DNA of 64,000 nucleotides from a virus (Duplodnaviria; Caudoviricetes): positions 1 through 64,000 of IMG/VR virus record IMGVR_UViG_645044602_000001, one strand, 5' to 3'. Shown here in pieces: positions 24,857-35,379 of this stretch (its first letter is position 1; each line of letters starts with the position of its first letter). The notes beneath the pieces were generated by a model. That model saw only the letters and a program-made list of their open reading frames with translations, was not told the origin of the DNA and did not search any database. Position numbers and translations under genes: made by a program.

Positions 24857-27187
24857 ATGAGTCAAGCTCATTTCCCTCAACCTATTTCAGAGCAGATCTG
24901 GAACCAAAAGTACCGCTTCAAAACGGAACGTGATGGCTTCGTGTCTGACGAGAATGTGGTTGATACTTGGGGTCGGATTGCATCTGCATGTTCCAACCTT
25001 CCCCATCTTCACAACAATCATACAGAGCGTGATGCTTTGGAAGCTCGCTTCTACAATGCCCTGTATGATTTCAAGTTCCTACGTGCTGGTAGGATCAACT
25101 CCGGTGCAGGAACAGGCCGGAATGTGACTCTCTTCAACTGCTACGTCATGGGAACTATCCCTGACAGCCTTGATGGTATCTTTGATATGCTCAAGGAAGC
25201 TGCACTCACCATGCAGCAAGGCGGTGGAATTGGTTATGACTTCTCTACCCTTCGTCCCAAAGGTGCTCTTGTACGAGGCGTGGAGAGCTTCTCCAGCGGT
25301 CCTCTCACCTTCATGGATGTCTGGGACTCCATGTGCAAAACTATCATGTCTGCTGGCTCACGACGTGGAGCTATGATGGCCACAATGCGTTGTGATCATC
25401 CTGACATCATGGACTTTGTTACTGCCAAGCAAGATCCTCTGCGACTTCGGAACTTCAACGTGTCAGTTCTCTGTACCGATGAGTTCATGGAAGCAGTTTC
25501 TGCTGACAGTGATTGGGATCTCGTATTTGATGGCAAGGTCTATCAGACCATCAAAGCCAAAGAACTCTGGGATGCCATTCTGTGGAACACTTACAACTAC
25601 GCTGAACCCGGTGTAATCTTCATTGATCGCATCAACAAGGAAAACAACCTTTGGTTTCTTGAAACCATTGCAGCAACGAATCCCTGTGGTGAGCAGCCTT
25701 TGCCTCCATATGGAGCTTGCCTTCTTGGTTCAGTCAATCTGGCAAAGCATGTCGTCTTCCCGTTTGTCAAAGGACAAGCTGAGATCGACATGGGTATGCT
25801 AGAACAGACTGTCCGAACTGGTGTTCGAATTCTTGACAGTGTGGTTGAAACCAGTCTCTTCCCTCTGGAAGCTCAACGAGATGAAGCACGTTTCAAACGT
25901 CGCCAAGGTCTTGGTGTGACTGGTTTGGCTGATGCTCTCTTCATGACAGGTCATAAATACGGCAGCGAACAAGCTGTTGATTTCACTGACACAATCATGA
26001 TGAACATCGCTATCTGGGCTTACGAAGAGTCCATCAAGATGGCCAAAGAAATGGGTCCAGCACCTTGTCTGGTCTCAAAAGAAGCTCGTGAAAAGTTCAT
26101 TCAATCTGGCTTCATGCAACGTATGCCTCAGTACATCAAGGTTGGTATCCTTGAGTGGGGTATCCGTAACTCTCACCTGCTGTCTGTGGCTCCTACTGGA
26201 ACCATCAGTATGTATGCAGGTAATGTGAGTTCAGGTGGTGAACCTATCTTCGCTCCAAAGTATCAGCGTAAGGTAACAAACGATGATGGAACCAAACGCA
26301 CAGAAACAGTCTATGACTATGCTGTGCTGAAGTTCGAAGAGCACTTTGGAGAAAACGACAATCCCGAAGCTATCTGGTGGTGGGAAAACTACATGGCAAC
26401 AGCACAGGATCTTACTCCGGCTGATCACATTGTCATGCAGGCTGTGATTCAGAAATGGGTGGACTCATCTATTTCTAAGACTGTGAATCTTCCTGAAGAC
26501 ATCAGCTTTGATGACTTCAAAGCAGTCTATGATCACGCCTACACAACTGGCTGTAAAGGTTGCACAACCTATCGGCCAAATGACGTGACAGGCTCTGTCT
26601 TGTCCGTTGAAACCAAAGAAGAAAAGCCAATCGAAATTGAGACTTCAGTTCCTCAATACGATGGAGACATGCGTGTTATGTCACGGCCTTCTGTCATTGA
26701 TGGCACTACCTACAAGTGTCGTTGGGGACAGGACAGCTACTATGTGACCTTCAACAATGTCATGGATCCTGATCATGATTGGTTCATGCCTTTCGAGATC
26801 TTCATCAACAGCAAGAATGTGGAACACCATCAGTGGACTGCTGCCTTGACTCGAATGATCTCGGCAGTCTTCCAACGAGGAGGTGATGTCCGATTCGTTG
26901 CAGAAGAACTGAAACAGATCCACGACCCCAAAGGTGGTCAATGGATCGAAGGCCGTTACTGTTCTTCTTTGGTTGCTCTCGTCGGCCAAAAGCTGAGTGA
27001 GCATCTCGACACGATTGGGTATCAATCGACCCCTGAAACAGTGCCTCTTGCTCCAGAGGAAGAAACCCCAACGCAACAGCCCGATCAGTCAGTCCCTGAT
27101 CAATGCCCGAGTTGTAAAGGTTTCAATCTGATCACTGCTTCTGGATGTCCAACGTGTCAGGACTGTGGCTACAGTAAATGTGGCTAA
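24857..27187 (+). CDS. nrdJ: Class II (adenosylcobalamin-dependent) ribonucleotide reductase with C-terminal TSCPD-like domain and Zn ribbon
   Basis: NCYV, QQGGGIG, RRGA.M, TNPCGEQ, APTGTIS, DSSISKT, KGCTTYR and terminal CxxC..CxxC..SKC; no NrdB nearby. Confidence 0.93.
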   Translation: MSQAHFPQPISEQIWNQKYRFKTERDGFVSDENVVDTWGRIASACSNLPHLHNNHTERDALEARFYNALYDFKFLRAGRINSGAGTGRNVTLFNCYVMGTIPDSLDGIFDMLKEAALTMQQGGGIGYDFSTLRPKGALVRGVESFSSGPLTFMDVWDSMCKTIMSAGSRRGAMMATMRCDHPDIMDFVTAKQDPLRLRNFNVSVLCTDEFMEAVSADSDWDLVFDGKVYQTIKAKELWDAILWNTYNYAEPGVIFIDRINKENNLWFLETIAATNPCGEQPLPPYGACLLGSVNLAKHVVFPFVKGQAEIDMGMLEQTVRTGVRILDSVVETSLFPLEAQRDEARFKRRQGLGVTGLADALFMTGHKYGSEQAVDFTDTIMMNIAIWAYEESIKMAKEMGPAPCLVSKEAREKFIQSGFMQRMPQYIKVGILEWGIRNSHLLSVAPTGTISMYAGNVSSGGEPIFAPKYQRKVTNDDGTKRTETVYDYAVLKFEEHFGENDNPEAIWWWENYMATAQDLTPADHIVMQAVIQKWVDSSISKTVNLPEDISFDDFKAVYDHAYTTGCKGCTTYRPNDVTGSVLSVETKEEKPIEIETSVPQYDGDMRVMSRPSVIDGTTYKCRWGQDSYYVTFNNVMDPDHDWFMPFEIFINSKNVEHHQWTAALTRMISAVFQRGGDVRFVAEELKQIHDPKGGQWIEGRYCSSLVALVGQKLSEHLDTIGYQSTPETVPLAPEEETPTQQPDQSVPDQCPSCKGFNLITASGCPTCQDCGYSKCG

Positions 27188-27214
27188 TCCACTGAGACCA
27201 TCAATCTCGAAACG

Positions 27215-27247
27215 TCCCCCCATCAGTAATGGTGGGGGGATTTTTTC
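27215..27247 (+). terminator. Rho-independent terminator
   Basis: C-rich/G-rich hairpin followed by T6. Confidence 0.8.
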
Positions 27248-27259
27248 ACCGAGGATACC

Positions 27260-27589
27260 ATGATCGAAATTTCCTATGAGAACGTAAAAAATGGTCTGGA
27301 AAAACAGATCAGCATGACTTGCTTATGCACTACTCAGCAGGAGACTGATCGTGTGTTTCGCAATGCCTTGGTTTTATGGGGCGATCTCCCTACAACAAGA
27401 CCTCATCTCAATGAGAGACTGATTGATTTTGTTGATGAATCAGGCAAAATGTTTTGTCTTATATTCAAAGATTTGAAGCCTATGCTTCAAGTAATTGGAA
27501 AGGATTCAGAGGCATTTTTATGCTTCATCCTTCCATCAACCCACAAGAAATACTGCCACGAATGTACGAGCACTACAAAGAGATGGTAG
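27260..27589 (+). CDS. Hypothetical protein
   Basis: GAGGA RBS. Confidence 0.6.
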   Translation: MIEISYENVKNGLEKQISMTCLCTTQQETDRVFRNALVLWGDLPTTRPHLNERLIDFVDESGKMFCLIFKDLKPMLQVIGKDSEAFLCFILPSTHKKYCHECTSTTKRW

Positions 27590-27614
27590 CCCACAATGAA
27601 AGGTATCTTGAGCA

Positions 27615-28892
27615 ATGGCGAGCCTGAACCAAGAACAACGAGACGCATTTCAGGATGTCCTTGCATTCATCAACGATCCTGATCGAAAATTCCACAGGGT
27701 TTCTGGTGGAGCAGGTACTGGAAAGAGTTTCTTCATTTCCAAAGTCACCGATGACATCCTGAAACACAAAGGGCCAAACTGCCCTCTCATGTCTGTAGCA
27801 GTTACTGCTACCACCAACAAAGCAGCAGCAGTTCTCAAAGCTGCAATGCAACATCGTCGTGGAGACATCCAGACGATTTATTCATTCATGAATCTCAGAG
27901 TCCACAACGACTTCACCTCTGGTGATAAGCGAGTGGTTCCTACTGCCAAGTGGGAGGTCCATGACCGGACTCTGATCATTGTCGATGAAGCCTCAATGGT
28001 CAATAAGACCCTGTATGACTACATCGACAAGGGAACCACCAAGAACTGCAAAATCCTGTTCGTAGGTGACAGAAACCAGCTTGCTCCTGTCAAAGAAAAC
28101 ATCTCTCCTGTTTACTCGAAGAACAAAACTGAGAGTTTTCTTATCTCTCCAGTTCGACAACAGAACCAAAAAGCTCTCATGGAGCTTGCAGAAATGGCCA
28201 AGGACACTGTTCTGACAGGTGTGTTTCATCCCATCAAAGAAGTTCCCGGTGTGATTGACTTCGTTTCAGGAAACCAACTCAAAGGGATTCTGGAACGAGA
28301 GTATCACAAAGAAGATCCTCACAAGAGAATCCTCTGCTATACCAATGAGAGGGTGATCAATTACAACCTCTATGTTCGTCAGCTTCGTGGCTACACGCAG
28401 AACTATGAGGTTGGAGAAATGCTCACCAACAACTCATCAGCAGAACTTGTGGACAAGACTCGTCTTTACACTGACCAAGTGGTAGAGGTAATTCAACGAG
28501 GCCAAGCCTATGAGAACGATCAAATTGTACCCGGAGCTATCATTGACATGGTAGATCTCGTGGTTCGGGATCCAGAGACTTTTGCAATCTACAATGTGAC
28601 AGTTACTGAAGACCCAAATGATCGTGAAGAAGTCCTCAAGTATTGGAAGTCACGAAAGAAGTGGGATCGGTTCTTCAAGTTCCAAGACAACCATCCAGAT
28701 CTTCGCTCTGTGGCAGCCAGTACCACACACAAAGCTCAAGGCTCGACCTATGACGAAGTGATCGTAGATCTTGCTGACATCGGAAAGTGTACACAGAACG
28801 ATATGGCAGCACGTCTTCAGTATGTCGCTCTGACTCGTCCCAAGAATAGACTTTACATTCGTGGTGAGCTACCAGAGCGATTCTTCAAATGA
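27615..28892 (+). CDS. Dda/RecD-like SF1 DNA helicase (N4 gp37-like)
   Basis: GGAGTGKS, VDEASM, GD.NQL.PV, T.HKAQGSTYD and YVALTR. Confidence 0.93.
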   Translation: MASLNQEQRDAFQDVLAFINDPDRKFHRVSGGAGTGKSFFISKVTDDILKHKGPNCPLMSVAVTATTNKAAAVLKAAMQHRRGDIQTIYSFMNLRVHNDFTSGDKRVVPTAKWEVHDRTLIIVDEASMVNKTLYDYIDKGTTKNCKILFVGDRNQLAPVKENISPVYSKNKTESFLISPVRQQNQKALMELAEMAKDTVLTGVFHPIKEVPGVIDFVSGNQLKGILEREYHKEDPHKRILCYTNERVINYNLYVRQLRGYTQNYEVGEMLTNNSSAELVDKTRLYTDQVVEVIQRGQAYENDQIVPGAIIDMVDLVVRDPETFAIYNVTVTEDPNDREEVLKYWKSRKKWDRFFKFQDNHPDLRSVAASTTHKAQGSTYDEVIVDLADIGKCTQNDMAARLQYVALTRPKNRLYIRGELPERFFK

Positions 28893-28902
28893 GGTAATCC
28901 CT

Positions 28903-31533
28903 ATGCACTATGAAATCATTGGCAAAGGCCGTCCTGCAAGGATAGCCATTCTTGTTCCCCGGATCCAAAAGACTGAGGTGATCAAACACTACATGCCAGT
29001 GCTTTCCCAGTTGAACGAAGAGGTCATGATCTGTGATATCTATTTGAATCGTAAGAAGAAAAAGACATCACACACTGAGATCAAAGAGTATCTGGATGAC
29101 CTCCTTCCAAACATCATCAACGCTGGTATTGAGTTTCTGGTTGTCGCTCAACCAGATTACTTCAAGGTACTGACAAAACAGGGGAAGACCGATGCGAACA
29201 TTGGTGACATTTTTGACACAGTGGGTGGTCTCAAGACTACATACATCCCCCACTACTCCCGTGTTTTCTACGATCCGGACAAAACCAAAGCCAAAATTGA
29301 CCAAGGACTTCAATCCGTCTTGTCTTACCTTGGATCCGGAACCTACCAAAAACTCGGATCGAATATCATCCATTCCGCAACGTATCCATCTTCGCTGAAG
29401 GAAAAGCTCGATTGGCTAGACAAGCTGATCGAGATGGATGTTGATCTGACCTGTGACATCGAAGGCTTTTCTCTGAAGCATTATGATGCAGGGATCGGAA
29501 CCATCACCTTCTGCTGGGATCAGCACAACGGCATTGCCTTTGAAGTGGATAACACCCAAACAAAGGCAGAGGATCACGTCCTTCGCCAAGCTCTGAAGAC
29601 CTTCTTCTATAGGTATCGAGCCACTGGCCGACGTACGATCTACCATAACATCTGTTATGATGCTTATGTGCTGATCTACCAATTGTTCATGGACCATATC
29701 CTAGACCAAGAAGGTCTCTTGGAAGGTTTGGACGTGATGCTTGAAAACTGGGAATGCACCCAGTTGATCACCTATCTGGCTACCAATAGCTGTGCTGGCA
29801 ATGAGCTAGGTCTCAAAGCTCAAGCACAAGAGTTTGCTGGGAACTATGCTGTCGAGGATATCCAAGACATCACTCAGATCGAACTAGCAAAGCTCTTGGA
29901 ATACAACCTCGTAGATGGTCTTTCCACTTGGTATGTCTACAACAAGCATTACCAGACAATGATCAATGATCAGCAGTATGAGATCTATACAGGTCTCTTC
30001 AAAGATGCTGTGAAAGACATCATTCAGATGCAGTTGACTGGTCTTCCGGTCAACATGGATAAAGTCATCAAACTGAACAATCAGCTTGGTGCTGAATCTG
30101 AGCACAATGTCTGGAAGATGATGCAGACCAAAATCGTTCAAGGTTTTGTTTATCAGCTTGAAGAAGATGCTCTGAAAAAGAAGAACGAAAAGCTGAAAAC
30201 CAAGGTCGTCACTCGTGCTGATCTTGGTTCAACTCAAGATTTGATGGTTGCTTTCAACCCCGGATCTGCTCCACAGCTTCAACGGCTTCTATATTCAGAT
30301 GAGTTCCTTGGACTTCCTGTTCTGGATCTCACAGACTCTGGGCTACCAAGCACAGGTGCTGACACTCTGGAGAAACTACTGAACCAAAACATCTCTGAGG
30401 AAACCAAAGAGTTCTTGAACATCCTTCTGGAATACAAGGCTTCTGCAATCATCCTCAGCACTTTCCTACCGGCTTTCCTGAAGGCATGTCCCGGCCCTGA
30501 CGGCTGGCACTACCTCTTTGGTAACTTCAGGCTAGGTGGGACTCTGAGTGGTCGGTTGTCATCAAACAACCCAAACCTTCAGAACATCCCATCATCTGCT
30601 GGTGGACCGTTGAAGTCGAGACTTGCAAAGCTCATCAAAGAATGCTTTGAAGCTCCTCCCGGATGGCTCTTTGTAGGTCTAGACTTTGACTCACTTGAAG
30701 ACAGAATCTCTGCACTCCAGACAAAAGATCCCGAAAAACTGAAGGTTTATACCGATGGTTACGATGGTCACTCTCTACGGGCCTATGGTTACTTTGGTGA
30801 TCAGATGCCAGATATCGACCCTTCTTCTGTGGATTCGATCAACTCCATTGCGAAGAAGTACAAACCTCTGAGACAGGAAAGCAAGGCTCCAACCTTTGCT
30901 CTCACCTATCAGGGTACATTCCATACTCTCATGGTCAACTGTGGTTTCTCGAAAGAGAAAGCCCAAGACATCGAGAACAAGTACAAGAAAATGTACAAGG
31001 TCTCGATTGAGTTTGTGGAAAAGAAGCTCGAACAAGCTACTCGTGATGGCTACATCACTGTAGCATTCGGTCTCCGTGTTCGAACTCCCTTACTTGCACA
31101 GACTATCCTTGGAACCAACAAGACACCCAAGGAAGCAGCAGCAGAAGGTAGAACAGCAGGGAATGCTATGGGTCAGTCATACTGTATGCTGAACTCCAGA
31201 GCAGCTTCTGAGTTCATGAAAAAGGTCAGAGTGTCCAAGCATAAGCTAGACATCAAACCATGTGCTCATATCCATGATGCTCAATACTATCTGGTTCGTG
31301 ACGGTGCATATGAAGCTCTGATGTTCCTAAATGAACACCTGCCTAAAGCAGTTGCTTGGCAGGATGATCCTGAGATCTGGCATGATCAAGTCAAGCTCTC
31401 TGGTTCAGTGGAGATCTTCTATCCAAACTGGAACCATGGGTTTGATATTCCCAACGCAGCCAATGAGAACACGATCAAAGATCGTATCAAAGCTCACTTG
31501 GCTGAACTCAAAGAAAAAGGAATCGCAGCATGA
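28903..31533 (+). CDS. Family A DNA polymerase (N4 gp39-like)
   Basis: 3'-5' exonuclease DIEG/HN..YD/YN..D; SGRLSS.NPNLQN; DFDSLE; RQESKAPTFALTY; HIHDA. Confidence 0.95.
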   Translation: MHYEIIGKGRPARIAILVPRIQKTEVIKHYMPVLSQLNEEVMICDIYLNRKKKKTSHTEIKEYLDDLLPNIINAGIEFLVVAQPDYFKVLTKQGKTDANIGDIFDTVGGLKTTYIPHYSRVFYDPDKTKAKIDQGLQSVLSYLGSGTYQKLGSNIIHSATYPSSLKEKLDWLDKLIEMDVDLTCDIEGFSLKHYDAGIGTITFCWDQHNGIAFEVDNTQTKAEDHVLRQALKTFFYRYRATGRRTIYHNICYDAYVLIYQLFMDHILDQEGLLEGLDVMLENWECTQLITYLATNSCAGNELGLKAQAQEFAGNYAVEDIQDITQIELAKLLEYNLVDGLSTWYVYNKHYQTMINDQQYEIYTGLFKDAVKDIIQMQLTGLPVNMDKVIKLNNQLGAESEHNVWKMMQTKIVQGFVYQLEEDALKKKNEKLKTKVVTRADLGSTQDLMVAFNPGSAPQLQRLLYSDEFLGLPVLDLTDSGLPSTGADTLEKLLNQNISEETKEFLNILLEYKASAIILSTFLPAFLKACPGPDGWHYLFGNFRLGGTLSGRLSSNNPNLQNIPSSAGGPLKSRLAKLIKECFEAPPGWLFVGLDFDSLEDRISALQTKDPEKLKVYTDGYDGHSLRAYGYFGDQMPDIDPSSVDSINSIAKKYKPLRQESKAPTFALTYQGTFHTLMVNCGFSKEKAQDIENKYKKMYKVSIEFVEKKLEQATRDGYITVAFGLRVRTPLLAQTILGTNKTPKEAAAEGRTAGNAMGQSYCMLNSRAASEFMKKVRVSKHKLDIKPCAHIHDAQYYLVRDGAYEALMFLNEHLPKAVAWQDDPEIWHDQVKLSGSVEIFYPNWNHGFDIPNAANENTIKDRIKAHLAELKEKGIAA

Positions 31534-31724
31534 GTCTTCGTACTGCTTATCTCACAATGACTCCCGACTATCCGGGAGAAAAATTGCAAGAAGTTTCCGG
31601 ATATACTGAAATGCGAATGACAGGGAAATTTATCCTCTTCATCATTGATGGAGAGAATACTGAACACCTGTACTTCAAACGTAAGTACGTCCTAGAACTT
31701 GTCACTGTTAAAGGAAAAATGTAA
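31530..31724 (+). CDS. Hypothetical protein
   Basis: AAGGA RBS, coupled at both ends. Confidence 0.55.
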   Translation: MSLRTAYLTMTPDYPGEKLQEVSGYTEMRMTGKFILFIIDGENTEHLYFKRKYVLELVTVKGKM

Positions 31725-32731
31725 TGAAAAAACTGACCAACCAACATCAGATCGACCTGCCTATTGCGGTATGGCTTCTTCAAAATGGCTACTACAGCGG
31801 GGCTGATGTCGCTCCTGAAGGTGAGTTGATCAGTTTCTCTACCCTGATGAAACCGACTCGTCGGTTGATTCTGGAACGTCAAGTAGATCAGTCACAAGAG
31901 ACAATCGACGTGTCTGATCTCATTGCATCCCGCGTGGGTCATGGTCTTCATGATTCCATTGAGCGGGCATGGACAGAGGGCGACTGGAAGGGGGCGATGC
32001 GGCGTCTCCATTATCCCCAGTCAGTGATTGATCGTGTGAAAATCAATCCAGATCCTTCTGAGGTCAGTGGGAACGATATTCCCATCTTCTTGGAGCAGCG
32101 GCGATTCAAGGAGATAGGGGGTGTCGTTCTCACTGGCCAGTTGGATTTCGCCATCAATGGTGCATACCGTGATGTAAAGACCACTTCGACTTTCAGCTAC
32201 ACCAGTGGCAAGAAAGACAAGGACTATATCCTTCAAGGTTCGATGTATCGTTACATCATGCCAGAGCTTATCTGGCAGGACACTATGAGGATTGAGTTCA
32301 TCTTCACTGACTGGCAGAAGTATCGGGCCAAGAGTGATCCGAACTATCCCCAAGCCAAGGTAGCTCACAAAGAGTTTCCTCTCATGAGTGAAGCTGACAC
32401 TGAGCGTTGGATCCTTGACAAGCTGGCCGATATCAAGAAGAACGCTCGTCTGGCTATGAACCAAGACAAGCTCGTTCGCTGTACTGACGACGAACTCTGG
32501 AAGCAGCCTGATACTTTCAAGTATTATGCCAACCCAGAAACCGCCGCTTCTGGTGGACGTGCTCAAAAGAGCTTCGAAAAGCTCGCAGATGCAGAGCTAC
32601 ACAAGAAAGAAAAAGGGAAAGGCGTGATCGTCTCCGTTCCGGGAGAAGTCAAAGCCTGCACCTACTGTCCAGCTTTCAGTGCCTGTGAACAGAGAAAGGA
32701 ATATTTTGATGACAATCAAAATCCTCTCTGA
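31724..32731 (+). CDS. PD-(D/E)xK exonuclease (N4 gp42-like)
   Basis: G.GLH, LTGQLD...DVKTTS, Q...Y and C-terminal C.YC....C. Confidence 0.85.
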   Translation: MKKLTNQHQIDLPIAVWLLQNGYYSGADVAPEGELISFSTLMKPTRRLILERQVDQSQETIDVSDLIASRVGHGLHDSIERAWTEGDWKGAMRRLHYPQSVIDRVKINPDPSEVSGNDIPIFLEQRRFKEIGGVVLTGQLDFAINGAYRDVKTTSTFSYTSGKKDKDYILQGSMYRYIMPELIWQDTMRIEFIFTDWQKYRAKSDPNYPQAKVAHKEFPLMSEADTERWILDKLADIKKNARLAMNQDKLVRCTDDELWKQPDTFKYYANPETAASGGRAQKSFEKLADAELHKKEKGKGVIVSVPGEVKACTYCPAFSACEQRKEYFDDNQNPL

Positions 32732-33185
32732 GCACTTGGAATACTACCCCACTACGGGAGAGTTGTTCTGGAAAAAGTCACCCGGTCAACGGGTGGCTGT
32801 TGGAACACAAGCTGGATCCCTTGATTCCAGTGGTCAGCGACAAATCAAATTCAAAGGGAAGACCTATCAAGCTTCTCATGTGATCTGGTTCATTGTCCAT
32901 GGGTATCAGCCTCAAGAGGTAGATCACCGTGATCGAAATCCAGATAACAATTGTTTGGAGAATCTTCGTGAAGTGACTCATTGCCAGAATTGTCACAACA
33001 GAAAACGAAAAAATCTCTCTGGTTTTACCGGTGTCTCGAAGAAGAACAGTCGATGGCAAGCTCGCATTACCATTGACGGAAAAACTCAACATCTTGGAAT
33101 GTTTGATACACCCGAACTCGCTCACGCTGCCTATCAAGCAGCAGCAGAACAATCACACATGAAGGAGTATTTCCCCGATGTCTAA
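32709..33185 (+). CDS. HNH-AP2 homing endonuclease
   Basis: VDHRDRNPDNNCLENLR; SGFTGV...RWQARITIDGK..HLG.FDT.E.A..AY. Confidence 0.92.
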   Translation: MTIKILSEHLEYYPTTGELFWKKSPGQRVAVGTQAGSLDSSGQRQIKFKGKTYQASHVIWFIVHGYQPQEVDHRDRNPDNNCLENLREVTHCQNCHNRKRKNLSGFTGVSKKNSRWQARITIDGKTQHLGMFDTPELAHAAYQAAAEQSHMKEYFPDV

Positions 33186-35370
33186 TTTCTATGATCTCTC
33201 TGTCATAGAAAACACACCGCATAACCCTGCAATGCAAGAACTGGTTGATCTCCTGTGCCATCGTACAGGTAACGTCAATCGTGACTTCTTTCAGGCTGAA
33301 GTGGCGTATTTTCTTGGCCTGATTCCATCCACCATGAGGTGTAAGATCCGTTCACCTGAACGTGGTCTGCTGCCTGTGAACATCTATTCTATTGCTCTGG
33401 CTACGTCAGGCTTTGGTAAAGGTCACTCTGTGAACCTACTCGAAGATGTTCTCATGGGTTTCCGTGAAGCCTTCATGAAAGGCACCTTCAAAAAATGGGT
33501 GAAACCAATCTCTTCAATATGGCAGTATATTGATGCTGCCAAAGGTGGTGATGAAGCTAAGGAGCTTGAGCTTCTGCAGAGTGATTTCAAAAAACAGGGT
33601 CATGCTCCATTCATCTTCGACTCAGGCACTGGTCCTGCTGTGAAACAGCTTCGCTACAAGCTCTTGCTTGCAGGTGCAGGCTCCATCAATTTCCAAATGG
33701 ATGAGATGGGTTCTAACTTGTTGGGAAACAACGAAGTTCTCAACACTCTGCTTGAGCTTTACGATCTCGGAAAGATCAAGGCAAAGCTGGTGAAGAACAC
33801 TCCAGACAATGAACGTGGTCTGGATATCTCTGGTTCAACTCCAGCCAACGTGCTGATGTTCGGAACCAACTCCAAACTGTTCGACGGTTCGAAGATTGAG
33901 GAAGAGTTCTACTCATTCCTTGCAACGGGTTATGCCCGACGCTGCTTCTTTGGTATGGGTCGAAGCGAAACCAAATTCGCAACGATCAATCCGGAAGATG
34001 TCTACCGTGGTCTAGTGTCAAAAAACCAATCTCAGACACTGACCCGGTGGCAGACTTTCCTTGCCAAGTTTGCAGACCCTCGTTTTCACAACATCGAACT
34101 CGATGTGCCTGACGACGTAGGTATCGAACTGATCAGCTATCGACTTCAGTCGGAAGCTATGGCTAATGATATGCCTGAGCATGAGGAAATCCGGAAAGCA
34201 GAACTCTCTCATCGCTACTTCAAATCTCTGAAGCTGGCTGGAGTCTATGCGTTCTTGGATGAATCTCCTGAGATCCAGATCTCACACCTCAGACAAGCTA
34301 TCAAGGTTGCTGAAGAGTCTGGTGCATCTTTCCAAAAGCTCCTGAAGCGTGAACGAAACTTCGTTCGTCTGGCAAAGTACATTGCAACCAGTCCTGACAA
34401 CCTGACCCATGCTGATCTGGTTGAAGATCTGCCCTACTATCCAACCTCGACTGTCGCTCGTAAAGAGATGATGGACTTGGCTATGGCATGGGGTGTCAGC
34501 AACCATGTGGTCATCACTAAGAATGTGATCCAACAAGTCGAATTCTTCTCTGGCTCAATGCTCGAAGAGACTGACTTTAACAACCTCATCTTCTCAATGA
34601 GTGATCACTTCGCTTACGACTATGAACCACAAAAGAGATCTCTGGAAGATCTGGAGAAGCTCTTCAAAGCTCCGAACTATCACTGGGCTAACCATGCCTT
34701 TGAAGATGAACATCGTAGTGAAGACAAGGTTATTCCCGGCTTCAATATGGTGGTCATCGACATTGATGGTCATGAGCGTGACAAAGAAGGGAACATCATT
34801 CGCAAGGGTCCAACAATTGAGCATGTTCATGCACTGCTTCAAGACTATACCTTTGCGACATACACGACCAAGAGCCATACAGACGATGAGCATCGCTTCC
34901 GTCTGGTCATTCCAACCAATTATGTTCTTCATCTTGAGAAGGACGATTACAAGGAATTTATGGCTTCGTTTGCAATGTGGCTTCCCTTCCATTCAGACAC
35001 TGCTGCAAACCAGCGTAGTCGAAAGTGGAGGACCAATCCTCTTGCAAAAGTCCACATCAATCGTGGTCCGCAAGTGCTTGATGTTCTTCCATTTATCCCG
35101 AAAACCAAATCGAATAGCGAGTATGGTTCACAGATCGTTGATCTAGGTAATCTGGATAACCTTGAGCGTTGGTTCTTGAACCACATGGACGTAGGAGGTA
35201 GGAACAACAACCTGCATAACTACGCCAAAATGCTGATGGATGCAGGTGCTGACTACGACCAAATCGAAAAGAAAGTCCTGAAGCTCAATCAGGATTCTGG
35301 AACTCCTCTGAAAAAAGAAGAAGTCTATTCGACTATTCTCAAATCAGTGGCTTCCAAGATGTCGAAGTAA
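33178..35370 (+). CDS. DNA primase (N4 gp43-like)
   Basis: ATSGFGKG, IDID, YTTKSH....HRFR and C-terminal GGRNN primase domain. Confidence 0.88.
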   Translation: MSNFYDLSVIENTPHNPAMQELVDLLCHRTGNVNRDFFQAEVAYFLGLIPSTMRCKIRSPERGLLPVNIYSIALATSGFGKGHSVNLLEDVLMGFREAFMKGTFKKWVKPISSIWQYIDAAKGGDEAKELELLQSDFKKQGHAPFIFDSGTGPAVKQLRYKLLLAGAGSINFQMDEMGSNLLGNNEVLNTLLELYDLGKIKAKLVKNTPDNERGLDISGSTPANVLMFGTNSKLFDGSKIEEEFYSFLATGYARRCFFGMGRSETKFATINPEDVYRGLVSKNQSQTLTRWQTFLAKFADPRFHNIELDVPDDVGIELISYRLQSEAMANDMPEHEEIRKAELSHRYFKSLKLAGVYAFLDESPEIQISHLRQAIKVAEESGASFQKLLKRERNFVRLAKYIATSPDNLTHADLVEDLPYYPTSTVARKEMMDLAMAWGVSNHVVITKNVIQQVEFFSGSMLEETDFNNLIFSMSDHFAYDYEPQKRSLEDLEKLFKAPNYHWANHAFEDEHRSEDKVIPGFNMVVIDIDGHERDKEGNIIRKGPTIEHVHALLQDYTFATYTTKSHTDDEHRFRLVIPTNYVLHLEKDDYKEFMASFAMWLPFHSDTAANQRSRKWRTNPLAKVHINRGPQVLDVLPFIPKTKSNSEYGSQIVDLGNLDNLERWFLNHMDVGGRNNNLHNYAKMLMDAGADYDQIEKKVLKLNQDSGTPLKKEEVYSTILKSVASKMSK

Positions 35371-35379
35371 GGAGACACC

